Assembly: GCA_045546815.1 (NCBI GenBank)
Contig: JAZQDN010000133.1
Location: forward strand, 1-48,012
DNA: 48,012 nt
Direction: 5' to 3'
Origin: Eubacteriales bacterium
Lineage (GTDB): Bacteria > Bacillota > Clostridia > Oscillospirales > QAKW01
Shown: one piece after another, positions 1 to 9,218 of the stretch
How positions within the stretch are numbered: position 1 is the first letter of the stretch
Layout: every line of letters starts with the position of its first letter
Notes under the pieces: generated by a model
What the model was told of the DNA's origin: nothing
Database searches by the model: none
What the model saw: only the letters and a program-made list of their open reading frames with translations
Program-made: the position numbers and the translations under genes

Positions 1-1
1 T

Positions 2-343
2 ATCGCCGATAAGATCGGCTCAACACCTGCAGAGGTTATGGGTGTTGCTACTTTTTATACACAGTTTAGGTTAAAGCCTGTCGGCAAATACCTTATAATG
101 CTGTGCCAGGGCACTGCCTGTCACGTAAACGGCTCGGAGAGAATTGAAAACACCATTAAGGAATACCTCGGTATATCTGACGGTGAAACGACAGATGACG
201 GTCTGTTCACTCTTAAAAATGTTGCGTGCCTCGGTTGTTGCTCGCTGTCACCTGTTATGATGATAAACGGTGAGACCTACGGCAGTCTCACTCCCGAAAA
301 AACAATGTCGATTTTACAGGCATTAAAGGAGGAGAGCAAATGA
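2..343 (+). CDS. NuoE/HydC-like thioredoxin-fold [2Fe-2S] subunit (5'-truncated by window edge)
   Basis: Frame is open from position 2 (IADKIGSTPAEVMGVATFY). Motifs CQGTACH and ACLGCCSLSP. Stop overlaps the next start (ATGA). Confidence 0.93.
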   Translation: MADKIGSTPAEVMGVATFYTQFRLKPVGKYLIMLCQGTACHVNGSERIENTIKEYLGISDGETTDDGLFTLKNVACLGCCSLSPVMMINGETYGSLTPEKTMSILQALKEESK

Positions 344-2073
344 GAGTTGTAGTTGGCGAGGGCTCCTGCGGTATTGCCGCCGGCGCTCATAAGGTGTATG
401 AAGCACTTGCTTTGTGCGGAATAAAGCCCGCAATCACCGGTTGTATCGGTATGTGCTTTTTAGAGCCGATTGTTGATATATATAATGAAGAAAAACTTGT
501 GCGTCGACTTGTTCGAGTTAAGGAAGGTGACGCAGAAATTATAAAAACCGCGGTTGACAGCGGGGACCTTTCCCTGATTGACAGCATTACGATCAGTGAT
601 GACGATAACGGCTTTTTACAAAAGCAGACACGAATTGCACTCCGCAACTGCGGTGTAATTGACCCCACCGATATAAATGACTATGTAAAAAACGGCGGCT
701 ATACTGCTCTTAAAAAGGTGCTTTCAATAACACCCGAGTCTGTTATCGACGAGATAAAGACGTCGGGTCTTGCAGGCCGCGGCGGCGCGGGCTTTCCTAC
801 CTGGTTTAAGTGGAACGCTGCCCGTCAGTCGGTTTCTGATAAAAAATATCTTATCTGTAACGCGGACGAGGGCGATCCCGGCGCGTTTATGGACAGAGCG
901 GTAATCGAGTCTGACCCGCACAGCCTTATTGAAGGCATGCTTATCGGTGCGTATGCGATCGGTGCTGACGAAGCGGTTGTATACGTGCGTGCAGAGTACC
1001 CGCTTGCAATTGTCCGTCTGCAGCACGCGATTGAGCAGGCTACAAAGGCGGGGTATCTCGGCAACAACATCCTCGGCACCGACTTTAGCTGTACAATGCG
1101 TATAAAGGCGGGCGCCGGTGCGTTTGTCTGCGGCGAAGAGACTGCACTTATCGAGTCTCTTGAGGGCAAGCGCGGCATGCCGCGTCTTAAGCCCCCGTTC
1201 CCCGCACAGCGTGGCTATAACGATGAGCCTTCTAATATAAATAACGTTGAAACCTTTGCAAACGTTGCGTGGATCATACAAAACGGCGGCGATAAGTTTG
1301 CTGCTATGGGTACAGAGCAGTCAAAGGGCACAAAGGTATTTGCACTTACCGGTAAAATCAAGCGCGGCGGTCTTGTTGAGGTTCCTATGGGTATGACAAT
1401 CCGCGATATAATTTACGATATCGGTGGCGGAATCCGCGGCGGCCGTGAGTGTAAAGCGGTTCAGCTCGGCGGTCCTTCAGGCGGCTGTATCCCTGCTGAC
1501 AAGTTTGATACGGTCATCGATTATAAAGCACTTGCCGCAACGGGTGCTATAATGGGCTCGGGCGGTATGGTTGTTATGGACGACACTACCTGTATGGTCG
1601 GTATGGCAAAGTTCTTTCTCGATTTTACTGCAAAGGAATCGTGCGGTAAATGTGTTCATTGCCGTATCGGCACAAAGCGCCTTCTTGAAATTCTTACCCG
1701 TATTACAAAGGGTGAGGGCAGGGACGGCGACATCGAGCTTTTGGAAGAGCTGTGTGTCGGTGTAAAAGAGGGTGCGCTTTGCGGTCTCGGACAAACAGCG
1801 CCCAACCCCGTTTTGTCAACGATCCGCTATTTCAGAAATGAGTACGAGGCGCACATTTACGAAAAACGCTGTCCCACCTGCGAATGTACCGACCTTGTAG
1901 AATATTATATAGATAAAGAAAAATGCCGCGGCTGTACACTCTGCGCCAAAAAGTGCCCTGTTGATGCAATTTCGGGAAGCCTTAAGGCTCCGCACACGAT
2001 CGATACCGAAAAATGTATCAAGTGCGGTCAGTGTAAAACACTTTGTAAATTCGGCGCGGTATGCGTAAGATAA
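340..2073 (+). CDS. NuoF/HydB-like NADH/FMN-binding Fe-S subunit
   Basis: GRGGAGFP, CNADEGDPG, GAGAFVCGEET, SCGKCVHCR...ALCGLG, HIYEKRCPTCEC, C-terminal 2x[4Fe-4S] ferredoxin, N-terminal Cys-containing thioredoxin-like domain. Confidence 0.95.
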   Translation: MRVVVGEGSCGIAAGAHKVYEALALCGIKPAITGCIGMCFLEPIVDIYNEEKLVRRLVRVKEGDAEIIKTAVDSGDLSLIDSITISDDDNGFLQKQTRIALRNCGVIDPTDINDYVKNGGYTALKKVLSITPESVIDEIKTSGLAGRGGAGFPTWFKWNAARQSVSDKKYLICNADEGDPGAFMDRAVIESDPHSLIEGMLIGAYAIGADEAVVYVRAEYPLAIVRLQHAIEQATKAGYLGNNILGTDFSCTMRIKAGAGAFVCGEETALIESLEGKRGMPRLKPPFPAQRGYNDEPSNINNVETFANVAWIIQNGGDKFAAMGTEQSKGTKVFALTGKIKRGGLVEVPMGMTIRDIIYDIGGGIRGGRECKAVQLGGPSGGCIPADKFDTVIDYKALAATGAIMGSGGMVVMDDTTCMVGMAKFFLDFTAKESCGKCVHCRIGTKRLLEILTRITKGEGRDGDIELLEELCVGVKEGALCGLGQTAPNPVLSTIRYFRNEYEAHIYEKRCPTCECTDLVEYYIDKEKCRGCTLCAKKCPVDAISGSLKAPHTIDTEKCIKCGQCKTLCKFGAVCVR

Positions 2074-2086
2074 GGAGGCGATACAT

Positions 2087-4108
2087 ATGGAAAAAATTAC
2101 AGTAACTATAAACGGCAAAGTATGTACCGCCGATAAGGGTACAACCATTCTTGATATCGCAACAGCAAACGGCATTGAGATTCCCACGCTCTGCCACCAC
2201 AAAAATGTAAAGCTTTACGGTGCCTGCGGTATCTGTATAGTCGAAGGCGAAAATATGCCGAAGCTTATGCGTGCCTGCTCAACTGTAGCTATGGACGGCG
2301 CTGTGTATTTCACAGAATCAGAGCGTGTTAAAAAGGTTCGAAAAATCGCACTTGAGCTTCTTATGAGCGACCATGAGGGCGACTGCAAGGGTCCTTGCAC
2401 CCTTAACTGTCCTGCAGGTACTGACTGTCAGGGCTATGTAAAAGAAATTGCAAACGGCAACGACCGCAAGGCAGTCGAAATAATCAAAGAAAAGGTGCCG
2501 CTTCCCGCATCTATCGGCAGAGTGTGTCCGCATCCGTGCGAGACCGCATGCAGAAGAACAAAGGTCGAGCAGCCTATTTCAATAGCATATCTTAAGTCCT
2601 TTGCGGCAGATAACGTTTTAAAAACAAATCCCTATATCCCCGAGTGCGACGCACCGACGGGTAAAACCGTTGCCATTGTCGGCGGCGGTCCTGCGGGACT
2701 TACTGCGGCTTACTATCTTGCACTCAAGGGTCACTCCGTTACTATCTTTGATATGATGGAAAAAATGGGCGGTATGCTCCGATACGGTATCCCCGAATAC
2801 CGTCTGCCAAAAGCGGTGCTCGATGCAGAAATTGCAGAAATCGCATCACTCGGTGTTACATTTAAAAACAATGTGAAAATAGGCGAGCAGATAACTCTTG
2901 ATACTCTCGAGGCTGACTTTGACGCGGTTATCGTTGCTATCGGCGCCTGGAACAATATGGGTCTTCGCTGTACAGGTGAGGAGCTTTCGGGCGTTATGGG
3001 CGGCATTGAATTTTTGCGTAAAATCGCAAAAGGTGAGCCGTCGGGTATAGGTAAAAACGTTGCCATCGTCGGCGGCGGTAATACCGCTATGGACGCCTGC
3101 CGCAGTGCAGTTCGCGCAGGTGCCGAGAATGTTTATGTAATTTACAGACGTACCCGCGACGAAATGCCGGCAGAGGATATTGAAATTACAGAGGCAATGG
3201 AAGAGGGCGTTCAGTTCAAATTTCTGACAAACCCTGCAGAAATCATCGGAAAAGACGGAAAAGTTACCGCTGTCAAGCTTCAGATTATGGAACTCGGCGA
3301 GCCGGACGCAAGCGGCAGACGTGCCCCCGTTGCAGTAGACGGAAAGTTTGAAATATTGGATGTAGATAATGTTATTTGCGCTATCGGTCAAAAGGTTAAC
3401 GTAAAGGGCTTTGAGACTTTGGAACTTAACGCACGCGGCATAATCTCTGCCGACGAGCGCACCTTTGCAACCTCCCGCGACGGTGTGTTTGCAGTGGGCG
3501 ATGCTACTAATAGAGGCGCGTCAATCGCCATTGCCGCAATTGGTGAAGCGGGTAAGTGTGCAAGCGTTGTTGACGGATATCTCAACGGAATGGAAGTGCC
3601 TTATAAGGCTCCGTTTGTGTCGGAAAAACAGCCCACACCGGAATTTTATGAAAAGTTTGAAAAATGCGCACGCATAAAAATGCCTGTACGCCCTGCAGAC
3701 GAGAGAAAACACGACTTTTTGGAGATAAACTTGGGCTTTTCGGACGAGGATGCGCGCAAAGAGGCAAAGCGTTGTCTCGAGTGCGGCTGTCACGACTATA
3801 AGGACTGTAAGCTTATAAGATACGCAAATATGTACGACCTTGATGTCAAGCGTCTTGAGGGAGAAAAACACCTCTCGTTTACCGAAAAGCGCCTTGTAAA
3901 TATTGAGCGCGATCAAGGCAAATGCATACTGTGCAATCTCTGTGTACGCACCTGCCGCGAAAATGCGGGAAAGGGAATACTCGGACTTGTTGACCGCGGC
4001 TTTAAAACGGTTATCCGTCCCGAGTTTAAGGGCGATACCTCGCCTTGCGGTGATTGCCGTCTGTGTGCAGAGGCGTGTCCTACCGGTGCACTTAAAATTA
4101 TAAAATAA
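2087..4108 (+). CDS. Fe-S flavoprotein: NuoG/HydA-type N-terminal Fe-S region with an inserted GltD/NfnB-like FAD/NADP(H) domain (StnC/NfnA-like)
   Basis: N-terminal 2Fe-2S (PTLC, GACGIC, RAC), HEGDC, GRVCPHPCE, GGGPAG, GGGNTA + YRR, GD FAD motif, RCLECGC, C-terminal CILCNLC/CGDCRLC...CPTGAL. RBS AAGGAGG. Confidence 0.88.
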   Translation: MEKITVTINGKVCTADKGTTILDIATANGIEIPTLCHHKNVKLYGACGICIVEGENMPKLMRACSTVAMDGAVYFTESERVKKVRKIALELLMSDHEGDCKGPCTLNCPAGTDCQGYVKEIANGNDRKAVEIIKEKVPLPASIGRVCPHPCETACRRTKVEQPISIAYLKSFAADNVLKTNPYIPECDAPTGKTVAIVGGGPAGLTAAYYLALKGHSVTIFDMMEKMGGMLRYGIPEYRLPKAVLDAEIAEIASLGVTFKNNVKIGEQITLDTLEADFDAVIVAIGAWNNMGLRCTGEELSGVMGGIEFLRKIAKGEPSGIGKNVAIVGGGNTAMDACRSAVRAGAENVYVIYRRTRDEMPAEDIEITEAMEEGVQFKFLTNPAEIIGKDGKVTAVKLQIMELGEPDASGRRAPVAVDGKFEILDVDNVICAIGQKVNVKGFETLELNARGIISADERTFATSRDGVFAVGDATNRGASIAIAAIGEAGKCASVVDGYLNGMEVPYKAPFVSEKQPTPEFYEKFEKCARIKMPVRPADERKHDFLEINLGFSDEDARKEAKRCLECGCHDYKDCKLIRYANMYDLDVKRLEGEKHLSFTEKRLVNIERDQGKCILCNLCVRTCRENAGKGILGLVDRGFKTVIRPEFKGDTSPCGDCRLCAEACPTGALKIIK

Positions 4109-4113
4109 CAATG

Positions 4114-4148
4114 AAAGAGGTCGGAAATCATTTCCGACTTCTTTTTTT
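4114..4148 (+). terminator. Rho-independent terminator of the oxidoreductase operon
   Basis: GAGGTCGGAAA-tca-TTTCCGACTTC followed by a T7 tract. Confidence 0.85.
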
Positions 4149-4219
4149 GTAAAAAAGTGTTGTTTTATTAATACTAATATGTTAATATATAGGATAGATT
4201 ATTATATAATGGTGATATT

Positions 4220-5218
4220 ATGGAACAAAAACAAAAAACAATATTCAGCGGCATTCAGCCGAGCGGTACAATAACTCTCGGTAACTATATCGGCGCCGTT
4301 CGTAACTGGCCCAAAACCGCGGAGCTTGGCAATGGAATCTTTTCTGTTGTCGATATGCACGCAATCACGGTGAGAAACACACCGGCCGACCTTCGCGCGC
4401 GCAGTCTTTCTACTCTTGCGATAATCCTTGCTGCAGGTGTTGACCCCGAAAAAAGCCTTGTTTTTATTCAGAGCCACGTGCCCGCTCACGCTGAACTCGC
4501 GTGGATTCTTAATTGCTATACAATGTTTGGCGAGCTTTCAAGAATGACACAGTTCAAGGATAAGTCAAAGCAGCACGCGGACAACATAAATGCGGGTCTT
4601 TTCACATATCCTGCACTTATGGCGGCAGACATTCTGCTTTACGGCACCGACCTTGTACCTGTCGGTGTTGACCAGAAGCAGCATCTTGAGCTTGCACGAG
4701 ATATTGCGATACGTTTTAACGGTATTTACGGCGATGTGTTTACGGTGCCCGAGGGCTATATCAACTCTGTCGGTGCACGTGTCATGTCGCTTGCACAGCC
4801 TGATAAAAAAATGTCAAAATCCGACCCCAACCCCAAATCCTATGTCAGCATTGTCGAAGAGCGTGACAGCATTATCAAAAAATTCAAAAGCGCTGTTACC
4901 GACAGCGACAACACAATCAGATTTTCAGAGGATAAGCCGGGTATCAGCAATCTTCTCTCAATTTACAGCGCAATCACGGGTTGCACCGTACAAGACGCTG
5001 AAAAGAAGTTTGAGGGATACGGCTACGGCGACTTCAAGCTTGCTGTCGGTGAAACTGTTGCAGACGAGTTAAGGCCTCTTAAAGAAAAGTACGATGCGCT
5101 TATGAAAGACAAGGCATACCTTGAAAAAGTGTATACCGAGAGCGCAAAAACAGCAAACTATCTTGCAAATAAAATGTTATTTAAGGTGCAAAAGAAAATA
5201 GGATTTATTAAAAGATAA
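4220..5218 (+). CDS. trpS: Tryptophan--tRNA ligase
   Basis: SGIQPSG, HIGH-like TLGN, YPALMAADIL, VPVGVDQKQH, KMSKS. Confidence 0.97.
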   Translation: MEQKQKTIFSGIQPSGTITLGNYIGAVRNWPKTAELGNGIFSVVDMHAITVRNTPADLRARSLSTLAIILAAGVDPEKSLVFIQSHVPAHAELAWILNCYTMFGELSRMTQFKDKSKQHADNINAGLFTYPALMAADILLYGTDLVPVGVDQKQHLELARDIAIRFNGIYGDVFTVPEGYINSVGARVMSLAQPDKKMSKSDPNPKSYVSIVEERDSIIKKFKSAVTDSDNTIRFSEDKPGISNLLSIYSAITGCTVQDAEKKFEGYGYGDFKLAVGETVADELRPLKEKYDALMKDKAYLEKVYTESAKTANYLANKMLFKVQKKIGFIKR

Positions 5219-5231
5219 AAGGTGACTTTGT

Positions 5232-6296
5232 ATGACTACAGTAGATTATATCTATCTTGTCGGCGCTTTTCTTTTGGCGCTGGTGCTCTCTTTTGCGGGT
5301 GCACCCGTTGCAAAAATAATCGCTCATAAAATCGGTGCGATCGATGTGCCCAAGGACTCCCGACGTATGCATAAAAAACCTATTCCGCGCCTTGGCGGAA
5401 TCGCGATATTCGCGGGCTTTTACATTTCGGCAATCATTTTTGATATGGCGTATATGTCGCGAGAGATCCGCGGTATGCTTCTTGGCTCAATCGTAATTGT
5501 GGCACTTGGAATGTTCGATGATGTGCTCGCACTTAAGCCAAAGCAGAAATTTGGTTTTCAGGTGATTGCAACGCTTATCCCTACTGCGTGCGGTGTGCGC
5601 ATCACGGGTATACCGAACTTTTTCAGCCCGACCGGTGCAAACTTCCAGCTTCCTGTTGTTGCACAGTATTTTGTGACAATCGTGTGGATGCTTGCCATTC
5701 TCAACGCAGTCAACCTGCTTGACGGTCTCGACGGTCTTGCAGTCGGTGTTTCTACCATAATGTCTGTCTGCGTTACTATAATTGTTGTACTTTTGCATTC
5801 ACCCGCTGTCGGAATACTTGCGGCAGCTCTTGCGGGTGCCTGTCTTGGATTTATACCGTATAACTTCAATCCTGCAAAAATGTTTATGGGCGATACGGGC
5901 TCAATGTTTATCGGTTATACGCTTGCGGTAATGTCGGTTATGGGCGTGTTCAAGGCGTATGCGATAATCGCTTTTGCAATTCCGTTTTTAATTTTCGGTC
6001 TGCCGATATTCGATATGGTGTTTGTGTCGATCCGCCGAATGCTCAACGGTAAATCGCCGATGAGCGCGGACAAGACCCATCTCCACCACCGACTTATCGA
6101 TCTCGGCTTTAATCAGAAGCAGACGGTTGCAATTATGTACGCAATCGCGGCAGTTCTCGGTCTTACCGCCGTTCTTATTGCGGGCGAGGGATTTATGCGT
6201 GCTGCGGTTGTTGTGCTGATCGTATTCATAATTGTAATTATGTGTTCAATATTTATGTATAAACATAAAGTTCATAAGGAGATAAAAAATGACTGA
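5232..6296 (+). CDS. Undecaprenyl-phosphate GlcNAc-1-phosphate transferase (TagO/WecA, MraY family)
   Basis: Multi-TM protein; PRLGG, GMFDD, NLLDGLDG, FMGDTGS, HLHHRL. Confidence 0.93.
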   Translation: MTTVDYIYLVGAFLLALVLSFAGAPVAKIIAHKIGAIDVPKDSRRMHKKPIPRLGGIAIFAGFYISAIIFDMAYMSREIRGMLLGSIVIVALGMFDDVLALKPKQKFGFQVIATLIPTACGVRITGIPNFFSPTGANFQLPVVAQYFVTIVWMLAILNAVNLLDGLDGLAVGVSTIMSVCVTIIVVLLHSPAVGILAAALAGACLGFIPYNFNPAKMFMGDTGSMFIGYTLAVMSVMGVFKAYAIIAFAIPFLIFGLPIFDMVFVSIRRMLNGKSPMSADKTHLHHRLIDLGFNQKQTVAIMYAIAAVLGLTAVLIAGEGFMRAAVVVLIVFIIVIMCSIFMYKHKVHKEIKND

Positions 6297-7437
6297 TAAA
6301 ATAAAGGTAATGACGGTTTTCGGTACTCGTCCCGAGGCTATTAAAATGGCACCGCTGATAAAGGAGCTCGAAACCCGCCCCGAAATTGAGAGCATTGTTT
6401 GTCTTACCGGTCAGCATCGCGAAATGCTTATGCAGGTGCTTGATACATTTAAAATCAAACCCGACTTCAACCTCGACATTATGCGTCCCGGTCAGACGGT
6501 CACCACTATCACAACTGATGTTTTACTCGGTATGGAAAAGGTGCTCAAGGACTTAAAGCCCGACGTGCTTCTCGTCCACGGCGATACCAGTACGACCTTT
6601 GCGGGTGCGCTTTCTGCTTTTTATAACGGTGTGCGCATCGGACACGTGGAGGCAGGCCTTCGTACTTATGATAAGTATTCGCCGTTTCCTGAGGAGATGA
6701 ACAGACAAATGACATCGCGCCTTTGCGATATGCATTTTGCGCCCACTCTTGCAAACAAAAATAATCTTTCAAAAGAAGATGTAACAGAAAACGTGTTTAT
6801 AACAGGTAACACGGTAATCGACGCGCTCAAAACCACTGTTTCGGACGACTATGTTTTTGTAAACGAAACACTTAAGGCGATCGATTTTACTGATGCTAAA
6901 TACATCCTGCTCACCGCGCATCGCCGCGAAAACCTCGGAAAACCGCTTGAGCAGATATGTACCGCAATAAAGCAGCTTGCAACGGAAAATGCGGATGTCC
7001 GCTTTATTTACCCGATGCATCTCAATCCGCTTGTGCGTAACACCGCAACCGAAATTTTGGGTAACCTTGATAACGTTATTCTTATTGACCCTGTTGACGT
7101 TTGCGATATGCACAATCTTATGAACCGTTGCTATATGGTAATGACAGACAGCGGCGGTCTTCAGGAAGAAGCCCCGGCACTCGGAAAGCCTGTTCTGGTG
7201 CTTCGTACCGAGACCGAGCGTCCTGAGGCGGTTGAAGCGGGTACTGTTAAAATTGCAGGTGTCGATACAGACGATATCGTGCGTCTTGCAACAGAGCTTA
7301 TACGTGACAGTGCCGCTTATGACAAGCAGTCAAAGGCGGTCAACCCCTATGGCGACGGCAACGCGTCGGCACGTATAACAGACGCAATACTTTATTATTT
7401 CAACAAAGGAAACAAACCAAAGGATTTCGGTGAGTAA
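6289..7437 (+). CDS. wecB: UDP-N-acetylglucosamine 2-epimerase (non-hydrolysing)
   Basis: FGTRPEAIKMAP, VHGDT, HVEAGLR, PFPEEMNR, TDSGGLQEEAP, NPYGDG. Confidence 0.96.
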   Translation: MTDKIKVMTVFGTRPEAIKMAPLIKELETRPEIESIVCLTGQHREMLMQVLDTFKIKPDFNLDIMRPGQTVTTITTDVLLGMEKVLKDLKPDVLLVHGDTSTTFAGALSAFYNGVRIGHVEAGLRTYDKYSPFPEEMNRQMTSRLCDMHFAPTLANKNNLSKEDVTENVFITGNTVIDALKTTVSDDYVFVNETLKAIDFTDAKYILLTAHRRENLGKPLEQICTAIKQLATENADVRFIYPMHLNPLVRNTATEILGNLDNVILIDPVDVCDMHNLMNRCYMVMTDSGGLQEEAPALGKPVLVLRTETERPEAVEAGTVKIAGVDTDDIVRLATELIRDSAAYDKQSKAVNPYGDGNASARITDAILYYFNKGNKPKDFGE

Positions 7438-8464
7438 AATAATGAGAAACAGTTATTTAACTGAACAAAAAGAGGAAATGAGTACATCACGGTTCAAGGC
7501 CTTTATTGGTCGCCCGATAGGCAAATATGTAGTATCGCTTTTTTTAACCTGGCTTGTTCTTGGCTCGATCAGCTTATTTTTGCTTTACGGTCCGTGGAGC
7601 GGCTTTCGTACATTTATGATAACATCTACGGAAACGACCATTAACCATAAATATATTTCGCGCATTTTCTATTCTGACGAAACAATCAAAAAGGTTATGG
7701 ATTCAAACACCGTTGTTGAGCTTGATACGAAGGTTGATACACAGAGCGTTAATACGACCGCAAAAGAAAACGTAACCACCCTTACCGAGATAAGTAAGGA
7801 CGGCTACAAGGCGTGGAAGCTTGAAATTTCCGACCCGTCAAAAGTCAAGCTCGGTATATCGAAATATTTTGGTATCAAGGGTCAGAAAATGCCCTATCTA
7901 CTTGAAAATTACCCCGAGGCAATTGCGGGCATAAACGCCGGCGGCTTCGGTGACGCTTCGGGTTGGGGTAACGGCGGCGTCGTAATGGGCTACTGCGTAG
8001 CGGACGGCGAAATACTTAAGTTCCCTAAAAAATCGATTTATAACATTATCGGCTTTGACAAAAACAACGTTTTAATTCTCGGTAACTTTAAGCAAAGCGA
8101 GCTTGAGAGCCTTAATCTTCGCGACGCGGTTGAGTTCACTCCGTTTTTGATAATCAACGGTGAAACGGCAGAAATCAAAGGTAACGGCGGCTGGGGTACA
8201 GCACCTCGTACCGCAATCGGTCAGAAAAAAGACGGTACGGTTGTGTTCGTTGTTGTTGACGGACGTCAGCCCGGCTACTCAATGGGTGTTACAATGAAGC
8301 AGCTTCAGGAGATTATGATTGAAGCGGGCTGCTACAATGCCGCAAACCTTGACGGCGGCTCGTCTACCGTTCTTTCATACCACGACGATATAATCAATCA
8401 ACCCTCGGGCTCTGACTCGGATGGTATGCGCTTTATTCCCAATGCTTTTATTGTAATGGAATAA
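7430..8464 (+). CDS. Phosphodiester glycosidase (NAGPA/EpsL-like) family, membrane-anchored
   Basis: N-terminal TM helix; INAGGF, PRTAIGQ, VDGRQ, NLDGGSS. Start codon uncertain (GTG 7430 or a downstream ATG). Confidence 0.85.
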   Translation: MSKIMRNSYLTEQKEEMSTSRFKAFIGRPIGKYVVSLFLTWLVLGSISLFLLYGPWSGFRTFMITSTETTINHKYISRIFYSDETIKKVMDSNTVVELDTKVDTQSVNTTAKENVTTLTEISKDGYKAWKLEISDPSKVKLGISKYFGIKGQKMPYLLENYPEAIAGINAGGFGDASGWGNGGVVMGYCVADGEILKFPKKSIYNIIGFDKNNVLILGNFKQSELESLNLRDAVEFTPFLIINGETAEIKGNGGWGTAPRTAIGQKKDGTVVFVVVDGRQPGYSMGVTMKQLQEIMIEAGCYNAANLDGGSSTVLSYHDDIINQPSGSDSDGMRFIPNAFIVME

Positions 8465-8468
8465 ACAT

Positions 8469-9104
8469 ATGTTAAGTTTAATCTTTTTTGTGCTCGAGCT
8501 TGTCGGCACAGTGTCCTTTGCAGTGTCGGGTGCAACAGTTGCAATTGCAAAAAAAACAGACCTTTTCGGTGTGGTGTTTTTGGGAAGTATTACAGCACTC
8601 GGCGGCGGAATAACCCGCGATATCCTGCTTGGCCACTTTCCGCCACGTGCGTTTACCAACGCGCTTTACGTGTCGGTTGCAGCGATATCCTCGGTTGCTG
8701 TTTTTGTTCTTGTGCGCGTTTTTAAAGATAAATACGTAGTGCATGAGCAAGTATTTGAACACATAAATAACGTTTTCGATGCGCTCGGACTTGGCATTTT
8801 TACTGTTACCGGCATCAACGCCGCGCTGTCATCAAGCACTCAGAGCAATGCATTTTTTGCAATATTTTTAGGAGTTACAACCGGGGTCGGCGGCGGTGTC
8901 CTTCGTGATCTTTTGTCAGGCTCCGTTCCGTCGGTACTGAAAAAACATATCTATGCTCTTGCGTCGATCGCGGGCGGCTGTGTTTACTATATTCTTGTTG
9001 CAAGCGGTGTGTATCAGACGATTGCGGCGGCAGTCTGCGTTTTGATAGTGTTTGTAATAAGAATACTTGCAACGGTTTTTAAATGGAATTTACCAAAAGC
9101 ATAA
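8469..9104 (+). CDS. Trimeric intracellular cation channel family (TRIC/YadS, UPF0126) membrane protein
   Basis: Duplicated FAVSGA / GGGITRD and DALGL / GGGVLRD repeats; about 7 TM. Confidence 0.9.
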   Translation: MLSLIFFVLELVGTVSFAVSGATVAIAKKTDLFGVVFLGSITALGGGITRDILLGHFPPRAFTNALYVSVAAISSVAVFVLVRVFKDKYVVHEQVFEHINNVFDALGLGIFTVTGINAALSSSTQSNAFFAIFLGVTTGVGGGVLRDLLSGSVPSVLKKHIYALASIAGGCVYYILVASGVYQTIAAAVCVLIVFVIRILATVFKWNLPKA

Positions 9105-9136
9105 AAGTCAGCTATACTTCTGTATAGCTGATTTTT
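9103..9136 (+). terminator. Terminator ending the trpS...TRIC run
   Basis: AGTCAGCTATAC-ttct-GTATAGCTGATT followed by T tract. Confidence 0.85.
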
Positions 9137-9138
9137 GA

Positions 9139-9167
9139 TTGTATTACGACTGTTTTTGTGTTAAAAT
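9139..9167 (+). promoter_or_regulatory. Sigma-A promoter of the ribokinase-AraC operon
   Basis: TTGTAT-N17-TAAAAT with extended TG. Confidence 0.6.
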
Positions 9168-9218
9168 AGTACTTGTTATAAAGTAGTAATACAATTATAA
9201 TGGTAATAGAGGTGACAT

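Noticed and set aside
2087-4108. [FeFe]-hydrogenase HydA, formate dehydrogenase or glutamate synthase small subunit
   Set aside because: No H-cluster motifs (TSCCP, MPC, EXMACXXGC), no Mo-bisPGD domain and no gltB in the window.
724-5072. Long antisense or alternate-frame ORFs (e.g. 724-1281, 2846-3391, 3521-4111, 4590-5072; also 38369-38857, 44638-45138)
   Set aside because: They lie essentially within well-supported genes, have no recognisable motifs or RBS, and are expected shadows of codon bias.
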